From contig MTLY02000001.1 of NCBI GenBank assembly GCA_002011035.2, positions 192,001-256,000 of the forward strand: a DNA stretch of 64,000 nucleotides, read 5' to 3'. The notes under the pieces are model-generated. The model ran no database searches, was not told the origin of the DNA, and was given only the letters and a program-made list of their open reading frames with translations. The DNA is from Candidatus Hecatella orcuttiae. GTDB taxonomy: Archaea; Thermoproteota; Bathyarchaeia; Hecatellales; Hecatellaceae. Below, piece after piece: positions 56,965 through 64,000 of this stretch; within the stretch, counting starts at the first letter, position 1; the number at the start of each line of letters is the position of its first letter. Position numbers and translations under genes: made by a program.

Positions 56965-58204
56965 GGGAAACACCTGCCTTGGGAGGGGCTAGCTTCTCCA
57001 CGTTTTCCTTTATCAGCGTTAAAGCCTTTTCTCTATCTTTCCAGCCTAGGAAGACCCTGACAGAGGAACTGATGGTCATGACCCCCAAGAGGTTAATGCC
57101 TTCGCGGGCCAGCGGCGCCACCACAGCGTTCACGATGCCGGGAGCCTTCTCCAACTCAGGGCCTGAAACGGTGATGAGGGCTATGGGGTCGAGGCTGTGG
57201 ACGGCCTTGGCTATCCTCCGGTTTTTTATCAGCTCATGCAGCCTCTGGAGGAGGTTGGAGGGATTCTCCACGTAGAGGAGAAGGGAGGGTGAAGCCAAAG
57301 TTAAGCCTAGAATCTTGGCGGAGGTGCTGGCGGCCTCGGAGAAGATCATCAAAAGCGTCTCAGGGGAGGAAACTTCCCACCCCACCAAGGATACCATGGA
57401 GAGAGGCTGATGGTGAAGGGCGACGGAAAGCCTTGTCTCCATAACCCCCTTGATGACGGTTCCCTTTGCGAGGTCTTCCTCCTCGAATCCCACCACCCTT
57501 AGGGTCAGGAAGTCTGTCTTGTATTTGAGGGATTTCGGGTGAAGAACCTTCGCGCCGGCGGTGCCCAAGGTGAACATTTCCTCCACGTCTAAGCTTTCGA
57601 TCATGGCGGGAGCCGTGACTTTCTTAGGGTCAGCCGACAGAACGCCTTGAACATCCTTGACGAAGACCACCTCATCGGAGCCGACGCAGCGACCTAGGAC
57701 CACGGCGGTGATGTCGCTTCCTCCCCGCCCCAGGGTTGTAACCTTCCCTTGAGGAGACAAACCTATGAAGCCGGGGACAACGACCACGTAGCCTTCCTCC
57801 AGCAGAGGTTTCACCTTCTCCAACACCGCCCGCTGAGTCTTCTCCAAATTCACCTCCGCCTGGCCGAATTCCGAGTCGGTGTAGATAGGCCACTGAGAGG
57901 ATGAGGGATCCAACCCCACAGCCTTCACCCCCTGAGATTTGATGGCGGTGGTCATGATGCGGGCGGCTGTCCTTTCACCCATGGAAAGAACCTCATCCAA
58001 ATCCTCTTTGGAGAGCCCGTTGGGGCTGGATTGGAGAGCGGTTTGGAGGAGACCGTCGGTGACGCCTGTGAGGGCTGAAACCACAACGAGAATTTTCTTT
58101 CCTTTTCTGGCCTCCGCAGCCACCTTTCCCGCTGCTTGAGCTATGTTTTCCGGAGTTGAAAGGCAAGAGCCTCCGAACTTAACCACAAGAGTTTTCACTG
58201 GCAT
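56957..58204 (-). CDS. lysC: Aspartate kinase (with ACT domains)
   Basis: VKFGGS, VVSA...TD, TTLGRGGSD, DV.GV..ADP, GAKVLHP. Confidence 0.93.
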   Translation of the reverse strand: MPVKTLVVKFGGSCLSTPENIAQAAGKVAAEARKGKKILVVVSALTGVTDGLLQTALQSSPNGLSKEDLDEVLSMGERTAARIMTTAIKSQGVKAVGLDPSSSQWPIYTDSEFGQAEVNLEKTQRAVLEKVKPLLEEGYVVVVPGFIGLSPQGKVTTLGRGGSDITAVVLGRCVGSDEVVFVKDVQGVLSADPKKVTAPAMIESLDVEEMFTLGTAGAKVLHPKSLKYKTDFLTLRVVGFEEEDLAKGTVIKGVMETRLSVALHHQPLSMVSLVGWEVSSPETLLMIFSEAASTSAKILGLTLASPSLLLYVENPSNLLQRLHELIKNRRIAKAVHSLDPIALITVSGPELEKAPGIVNAVVAPLAREGINLLGVMTISSSVRVFLGWKDREKALTLIKENVEKLAPPKAGVSHG

Positions 58205-58407
58205 GGATGATACCTCCGAAAACTTTCACGGAAATAGTTTTGACGGATGGAGAGAATGGAGGGAAACGCCTAACAGCTACCCGAGTATTCATGCTTTGGC
58301 GAGGTTCGGGGATAAACACAAAGCCCCCTGAAAACGTGAACCCCCCTGGAATGCACCCGGTTAACCTCCCCAGTATTGCATAATAGGATTTACCATCTCT
58401 ATATAAA
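58205..58407 (-). promoter_or_regulatory. Long 5' leader of the lysC-asd-aro operon, with TATA box and uORFs
   Basis: TTTATATA at 58407-58400; uORF MQYWGG 58381-58361; SD-led 28-aa uORF 58356-58270; hairpin TTCCG/CGGAG over the lysC SD. Confidence 0.55.
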
Positions 58408-58461
58408 GATTATCAAAAAAGAAAGAGGAAAGAGGTTCCTCGTTAATCTCCTTTTTCCGTT

Positions 58462-59025
58462 TTAGATTTTGCCGACCAAGTCTAAGCCAGGTTTGAGGGT
58501 TTCCTTTCCCGGCTTCCAACTCGCCGGGCAGACTTCTCCCTTGTGTTCCCTCACGTGGATAGCTGCTTGGAGTTTTCGCAGAAGCTCCTCGGCGCTTCGG
58601 CCGATGCTGTTATCGTGGATCTCCAAGGCTCTCAAAACTCCGTCGGGGTCGATGATGAAACTTCCTCGCAGGGAAAGTCCCTCCTCTTCGATGTAGGTAC
58701 CGAATTCTCTGCAGAGTCTTCCCGCGGGATCAGCCAGCATGGGGAACTTGATTTTCTGGATGGCGGGGGAGTGGTCATGCCAGGCTTTGTGGACGAACAC
58801 CGTGTCGGTGCTTACACTCAGCACTTCTGCTCCCGCTTTTTTGAATTCCTCGTAGTTCTCAGCCAGCTCTTCCAGCTCGGTGGGACAGATGAACGTGAAA
58901 TCCGCTGGATAGAACACCAGAACCAGCCATTTACCTCTGTAGTCAGAAAGCTTGATGGTCTTGGTTTCCTCGTTGTGGAAGGCTTCCGCCTCTAGGTCTG
59001 GAATTTGTTCACCGATTCTCACCAC
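58462..59025 (-). CDS. ahpC: 2-Cys peroxiredoxin AhpC
   Basis: FYPADFTFICPTEL, VCPASW, PGLDLVGKI. Confidence 0.96.
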   Translation of the reverse strand: MVRIGEQIPDLEAEAFHNEETKTIKLSDYRGKWLVLVFYPADFTFICPTELEELAENYEEFKKAGAEVLSVSTDTVFVHKAWHDHSPAIQKIKFPMLADPAGRLCREFGTYIEEEGLSLRGSFIIDPDGVLRALEIHDNSIGRSAEELLRKLQAAIHVREHKGEVCPASWKPGKETLKPGLDLVGKI

Positions 59026-59091
59026 GGTTTTATCACCTGTTAAATTTATATTATAAACTTCACCATATTTTATATATTTTTACTACCCATC

Positions 59092-59682
59092 CTAGGAATC
59101 CGGAAAGTAGTGGTTCGGTGTTTCCAGAAAATTTTGGATAAGCCGCTTACCATGAGCGGTTAAGATGCTTTCAGGGTGAAATTGAATTCCCTCCACCGGC
59201 CGGCTTTTATGCCGGACCCCCATGATGGTTCCGTCCTCCGCCTTGGCGGAAACCTCCAGACAGGAAGGCAGGCAAGTGGGCACAGCGGCTAGGGAATGGT
59301 AGCGAGTAGCCGGGAAAGGATTAGGCAGCCCGTGGAACACACCTTTTCCGTCGTGGTAGACTTGGGAGGTTTTCCCGTGCAGCGGCCCGGACTCGGCTCT
59401 GTCCACTTTCCCCCCGAAGGCTTCCACGATGGCTTGGTGGCCTAGGCATACGCCGAGGATGGGGATGGAGGCGAGTTTCCTTATCACAGCCATGGTGTTG
59501 CCTGTGCTCTTCCGGGGATGCCCGGGGCCGGGGGATATTATGATTCTCTGAGGCCTCATTTCAGCTGCCTCCTGCGCGGTCAGGATGTTATCCGCTACTA
59601 CCACCTTGCAGCCTTGGCTGGCCACGTAGTCGACGAGAATGTAGACGAAGGAGTCCCGGTTGTTGATGAAGAGAACCTTCAC
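59092..59682 (-). CDS. trpG: Anthranilate synthase component II
   Basis: N.DSF, SPGPG, GVCLGHQ, RYHSL, QFHPES. Confidence 0.95.
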   Translation of the reverse strand: MKVLFINNRDSFVYILVDYVASQGCKVVVADNILTAQEAAEMRPQRIIISPGPGHPRKSTGNTMAVIRKLASIPILGVCLGHQAIVEAFGGKVDRAESGPLHGKTSQVYHDGKGVFHGLPNPFPATRYHSLAAVPTCLPSCLEVSAKAEDGTIMGVRHKSRPVEGIQFHPESILTAHGKRLIQNFLETPNHYFPDS

Positions 59683-61169
59683 GCTACGTTCACCTTCGCC
59701 TCCGCCATGCCTACGGCCTTCACTAGGCTTCGCATTTTGTTCTCCGTTTCAATCCACTCCAGCCTCGGCTGGGAGTCGGCTACCACCCCGGCTCCAGCTT
59801 GAACGGTGGCCGTGGAGTTCAAGAGCTGGATGGTTCGGATGGTGATAGCCCAGTCCATATCCCCGTTGAAGGCCATGTAGCCGATGGCTCCCGCGTAGGG
59901 GCCTCGGGGCTCCTTCTCCAGCTCTTCGATGACCTCCATGGCTCTCAGCTTGGGGGCGCCGGTTACCGTTCCTGCGGGGAAGAGGCATTTTAACACGTCG
60001 AAGGAGTTCATTCCTCTCCGAAGTCTTCCCTCCACGGTGGTGACTAAGTGCATCACGTGTTTGAACCTCTTCACTGTCATGAAGCCTCTCACTTGGACGG
60101 AGCCCGGCTCGGAAACCTTTGAAACGTCGTTCCTGGCCAGATCCACCAGCATGACGTGTTCAGCTCTTTCTTTGCTGTCTGTCTTCAGCTCCCTGAGCAT
60201 CCGCCCCTCATCCACCTTGTTCCAGCCTCTCCGCCTTGTCCCCGCGATAGGGACGGTGGTTATCTTTTCACGGTTTAGGCTTACTAGGGCTTCAGGGCTG
60301 CTTCCCACAAACCTGAGGCTTCCGAAGTTCAGGTAGAACATGTAGGGGGAGGGATTCAGCCTCCTCAAAGCCTCGTAGATCGCCAAGTCTCCAGCCTCAG
60401 TTTTCCGACCTACCTTCCGGGAGACCACAACTTGGAAGATGTCTCCGCTCCAAATGTATTCCTTGCACTGTTCAACCATGTGAGAGAATTCCTCCTGCCC
60501 CACGTTGGACTTGAAGTCTTCGACGGAAATGTCCCCGCTGACATCATCCTTTCTCCCTCCCTCAGCCCTGTAGCTTTTCAAGGCTTTTCCCAGATCTTGG
60601 GAAACATCGCCTGCGCCTCCCACCCCGTTGTCCACCTGCAGCAAGATTTCCCGAGCGTGGTCGTAGATGAGGACCGTGGTATGCATCCCCAACATGACCT
60701 CAGGGGTTTCCGCTCGACGTTTGAAGCCCACCCACGGGGCTACCGCGTCGTAGGCCACATAGCCTAGGTAGCCGCCGAAGAAAACCTGCCTCCTGAAGAA
60801 GGGAGGCCTCCGCAGTGCGGTTTCAGGAAAATATTCTTCAACCCTGTCCAAGGCCAAGATTCTGTTCTCAACCCTATCCTCCACAGCTCGGTGGGCTGCG
60901 CTGGGCATTTTCCGTTGAGGCTGGAGCCTGCGGAGGATCTGCTCCCCTCTCTCCGTTAGAATCTCCTCAACCCTCGGCCTGTCTTTTTTGACGGTTAGAA
61001 TGTAATCGGGGTTGAAGCAGAGAAAAGAGTAGAGGGGTTTGTGTTCGCTGAGGGATTCCAGAAGGAAAGAGAAGCGAGGTTCCAGCCTCTCCGATAGGTG
61101 TTTGAAGAGGGAGAAGACGTTGCACCGTCCTCCCACCCTTGTAACCTTCGGCTGAATGCTGGTAGGCAT
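59679..61169 (-). CDS. trpE: Anthranilate synthase component I
   Basis: LLES, GDIFQVV, NPSPYM, PIAGT, EHVMLVDLARND, GAPK.RAM. Confidence 0.95.
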   Translation of the reverse strand: MPTSIQPKVTRVGGRCNVFSLFKHLSERLEPRFSFLLESLSEHKPLYSFLCFNPDYILTVKKDRPRVEEILTERGEQILRRLQPQRKMPSAAHRAVEDRVENRILALDRVEEYFPETALRRPPFFRRQVFFGGYLGYVAYDAVAPWVGFKRRAETPEVMLGMHTTVLIYDHAREILLQVDNGVGGAGDVSQDLGKALKSYRAEGGRKDDVSGDISVEDFKSNVGQEEFSHMVEQCKEYIWSGDIFQVVVSRKVGRKTEAGDLAIYEALRRLNPSPYMFYLNFGSLRFVGSSPEALVSLNREKITTVPIAGTRRRGWNKVDEGRMLRELKTDSKERAEHVMLVDLARNDVSKVSEPGSVQVRGFMTVKRFKHVMHLVTTVEGRLRRGMNSFDVLKCLFPAGTVTGAPKLRAMEVIEELEKEPRGPYAGAIGYMAFNGDMDWAITIRTIQLLNSTATVQAGAGVVADSQPRLEWIETENKMRSLVKAVGMAEAKVNVA

Positions 61170-61185
61170 TTCGAGCCGCCCCCTT

Positions 61186-62001
61186 TCACGCTTTTTTAGC
61201 CGTCGCTGCTTTGAGGGTGTGGACGTAGGCGGAAACCTTCTCCAAGGCTTGAGCAGGGTTTGAAGCTGAGCTGGTGTAGAGGTCGATGAGGGCGGAGCCC
61301 ACGATGGCTCCGTCTGCTCCCGCCGCTATCACTTCCCGGACGTGCGGGGGCTTGGAGATTCCGAAGCCCACGGCTACGGGAATCCTCGCCTCCACGTGTT
61401 TGGCTATTCTTGAAATCGTCTTCTTCGTCAACGCGGAGAGGCTTTCCCTCGCCCCCGTCACCCCTAAGAGGGACACTAAGTAAAGGAAGCCCTCTGCCGC
61501 CTTCACGATTTTTTCAAGCCTCCGCTCCGTAGTGGTCGGTGCCACCAAGAAGATCAGGTTGACTCCCGCGTCCTTTCCAGCCTTGGAAACCGGCTCCGCC
61601 TCCTCCACGGGAAGGTCGGGGACGACCACCCCGTCCAACCCTGCCTCGGCGAAATCCCTGAAAAATCCAGCGACCCCCCGGCGGAGGACGGGGTTGTAGT
61701 AGCTCAGAAGGACCAAAGGCGTCTTGACCTTATCCCTGAGCTTGCGGACAGCCTCTAAGGCCCTGTGGGTGTTCATTCCGGCTTTAAGGGCCCTCTGATA
61801 GCTGGCTTGGATGGTCGGCCCGTCGGCCACGGGGTCTGAGAAAGGGAGTCCCAGCTCCAAGATGTCAGCTCCGCTTTCAGCCAGCCTCCGGGCTAACTGG
61901 ACGGAGCGTCTGAGGGAGGGGTCCCCGAGGGTTGTGAAGGTGATGAGGGCGCCTTCCTTTCTCTTTTTAAGCTGGTTGAAGGTTTCCTGTATTCTGCTCA
62001 T
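61186..62001 (-). CDS. trpA: Tryptophan synthase alpha chain
   Basis: [26 protein letters not shown]. Confidence 0.97.
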   Translation of the reverse strand: MSRIQETFNQLKKRKEGALITFTTLGDPSLRRSVQLARRLAESGADILELGLPFSDPVADGPTIQASYQRALKAGMNTHRALEAVRKLRDKVKTPLVLLSYYNPVLRRGVAGFFRDFAEAGLDGVVVPDLPVEEAEPVSKAGKDAGVNLIFLVAPTTTERRLEKIVKAAEGFLYLVSLLGVTGARESLSALTKKTISRIAKHVEARIPVAVGFGISKPPHVREVIAAGADGAIVGSALIDLYTSSASNPAQALEKVSAYVHTLKAATAKKA

Positions 62002-63212
62002 TTTCTGTCCTCCATGAATTTCTGAACCACTCCTAGGTCCTTGTCCCCCCTCCCCGAAAGGTTGAGCACTACGATGCTGTCTGGGGGAAGCCGCCGGGAT
62101 ATCTTCGCCAAGTGGGCTAGGGCGTGGCAGGGTTCTAGGGCTGGGAGGATGCCCTCCAGCTTGGCGAGCATGTGGAAGGCTTCCACAGCTTCCGCGTCCG
62201 TGGCCGTGTAGACTTTCAGCCTTCCTGTTTCTTGGAGAAAAGCCAGCTCCGGGCCTACGCCGGGATAGTCCAAGCCGGCGCTGATGCTGTGGGATGTTTC
62301 AATCTGCCCGTATTCGTCTTGGAGGATGCGGGTGTAGGCTCCGTGGAGAACCCCGAGGCTTCCAGCGGCCAAGGAAGCTGAATGCCTTCCGGTCCTGAGT
62401 CCCTGGCCTCCAGCCTCCACTCCGTGCAGCTGGACGGAAGGGTCTTCCAAGAAGTCGTAGAAGGCTCCTAGGGCGTTGCTGCCGCCTCCGATGCAGGCAA
62501 CTAGGAGGCTGGGCAGTCTTCCTTCTTTTTCCAAGACTTGCTGCCTTATTTCCTTCCCTATGACCCTCTGAAACTCGCGGACGAGGAGAGGGTAGGGATG
62601 AGGCCCCACCACCGACCCCACCACGTAGTGGGTGTCACCCACGTGGGCTATCCAGTCTCGGAAAGCTTCGTTGATGGCGTCCTTCAAAGTTCGACTCCCA
62701 GACTTCACCGGGTGAACTTCCGCTCCCAGCAGTTCCATCCTGTAGACGTTATGCCTCTGCCTTTCCACGTCCTCCTCCCCCATGTACACCTCGGTTTTCA
62801 AACCCAACACCGCCCCGGCCATGGCGGTGGCTAAGCCATGCTGCCCGGCTCCTGTCTCCGCTATAAGCCGCTTTTTCCCCATGCGGAGGGCTAGGAGGGC
62901 CTGGCCTAGCGTGTTATTGAGCTTATGAGCTCCTCCGTGGGTTAGGTCTTCCCGCTTCAGGTAAACCTTGCAGCCCAGCCGCCAGCTTAAACGCTGAGCG
63001 TAGTAGAGGGGCGTAGGCCTGCCGGCGTAGTCCCTCAGATACCTCCCCAGCTCCCCTTGGAATCCGGGATCTCGGTGGTGCCGGAGGAAGGCTTCATGCA
63101 GTTCCTCCAAGGCCGGCATCAAAATCTCGGGGGCGAAGATGCCTCCGTACCTGCCGAACTTGCCCTTTTCGTCGGGATACCTCCCATAATAGGAGAGGCT
63201 GGTTTTTTTCAC
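61998..63212 (-). CDS. trpB: Tryptophan synthase beta chain (TrpB1)
   Basis: [36 protein letters not shown]. Confidence 0.97.
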   Translation of the reverse strand: MKKTSLSYYGRYPDEKGKFGRYGGIFAPEILMPALEELHEAFLRHHRDPGFQGELGRYLRDYAGRPTPLYYAQRLSWRLGCKVYLKREDLTHGGAHKLNNTLGQALLALRMGKKRLIAETGAGQHGLATAMAGAVLGLKTEVYMGEEDVERQRHNVYRMELLGAEVHPVKSGSRTLKDAINEAFRDWIAHVGDTHYVVGSVVGPHPYPLLVREFQRVIGKEIRQQVLEKEGRLPSLLVACIGGGSNALGAFYDFLEDPSVQLHGVEAGGQGLRTGRHSASLAAGSLGVLHGAYTRILQDEYGQIETSHSISAGLDYPGVGPELAFLQETGRLKVYTATDAEAVEAFHMLAKLEGILPALEPCHALAHLAKISRRLPPDSIVVLNLSGRGDKDLGVVQKFMEDRK

Positions 63213-63877
63213 CCTGTTTCAACTCCTGCGGTTTTGGCTTTTCTTATGAAAGCCTGAATCTGGGAGTAGTCCTTGACCCCCGGGGAGGATTCAACCCCTG
63301 AGGACACGTCCACGGCGTAGGGTTGGACGGCGGCTATGGCTTCCTGGACGTTGCCGGCGGTGAGCCCCCCGGCGAGGATGAAGGGCTTGGGGCGGACAGC
63401 CTCCCCGACCATCCGGGCTACCTTCCAGCTGACGGGGCAGCCGGTTCCTCCGTAGCCTTCGGCTGTGGTGGAGTCGAAGAGAACCGCGCTCGCCACCTCG
63501 GCCAGTTTTTTCGCCTTCTCCTTCAGCTCCTCTTCCTTTTGGGAAGGATTCCAAGCTAAAACTCCGATGACCTGAGACTTGAGGGTGGAGGCTACGTGCT
63601 TCACGGCTGAAGGCTGGGTTATTCCGTGAAGCTGAACCGCGGAAGGGTTCAGCCGTTCCGTGGCCCTCACTATGGCGTCGGGGGAGGTGGTTGCTGAAAC
63701 CAAGACTGAGGAGACAAAGGGGGGAACCGCTGAGAGGATTCTTCCCGCCTCTTCCAAAGACAGGTTTCTCGGGGATCGGGGAGAATAGACCACCACCCCT
63801 ACAGCGTCGGCTCCGCTGTCGACAGAGGCTTGAAGGTCTTCTCTGCTTTTCAAACCGCAAATTTTAACCCTGACCAC
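63209..63877 (-). CDS. trpF: Phosphoribosylanthranilate isomerase
   Basis: VKICG, QLHG, GGTG, LAGGL, DVSSGVE. Confidence 0.96.
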   Translation of the reverse strand: MVRVKICGLKSREDLQASVDSGADAVGVVVYSPRSPRNLSLEEAGRILSAVPPFVSSVLVSATTSPDAIVRATERLNPSAVQLHGITQPSAVKHVASTLKSQVIGVLAWNPSQKEEELKEKAKKLAEVASAVLFDSTTAEGYGGTGCPVSWKVARMVGEAVRPKPFILAGGLTAGNVQEAIAAVQPYAVDVSSGVESSPGVKDYSQIQAFIRKAKTAGVETG

Positions 63878-63880
63878 GGT

Positions 63881-64000
63881 TCAGGCCTCCACCAGCTCCC
63901 TCACCTTACTGGCCACGTTTTCAGCAGCCATGATGGCTGAGCCTACCAAGACAGCATCAGCGCCCCACCTGCGAACAGCCCGGACATCCTCCGCTGTGCG
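63881..64000 (-). CDS. trpC: Indole-3-glycerol phosphate synthase, C-terminal fragment (5' part off window)
   Basis: Manual translation RTAEDVRAVRRWGADAVLVGSAIMAAENVASKVRELVEA*, located directly upstream of trpF. Confidence 0.85.
   Translation of the reverse strand, partial: RTAEDVRAVRRWGADAVLVGSAIMAAENVASKVRELVEA

Overview
Archaeal chromosomal segment, most likely from a TACK archaeon of the Bathyarchaeia type. That placement is inferred from the TackOD1 domain, multi-intron tRNAs, SepRS, FO synthase and the DKFP-type aromatic pathway. From left to right it holds: a partial MtaA/URO-D methyltransferase; tRNA-Ile(GAT) with one intron; a flavin/F420 cluster (flavin reductase-like, amidohydrolase, ArfC, CofG, CofH); a TackOD1 plus GT2 synthase pair; a taw1-translin-sepS operon; an AT-rich HxlR/CopD-like patch; tupA/ModE; a ThaI-like restriction-modification locus; fbp-tpiA; a nucleoside ABC/amidohydrolase block; tRNA-Asn(GTT) with two introns; an HMG-CoA synthase-DUF35 fusion; a stand-alone NurA-HerA pair; valS; tRNA-Gln(CTG) with three introns; a complete lysC-asd-aro operon with a long leader; ahpC; and trpC(partial)FBAEG. 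In the restriction-modification locus the nuclease carries an in-frame TGA and the methylase is coupled to an unannotated 48-aa ribbon-helix-helix gene. The most notable elements missing from the ORF track are the triple- and double-intron tRNAs, the RHH putative RM controller with tandem palindromes, the uORF-containing aro leader and a 19-aa CxxC micro-ORF. All protein assignments come from motif recognition by eye; no database search was run.
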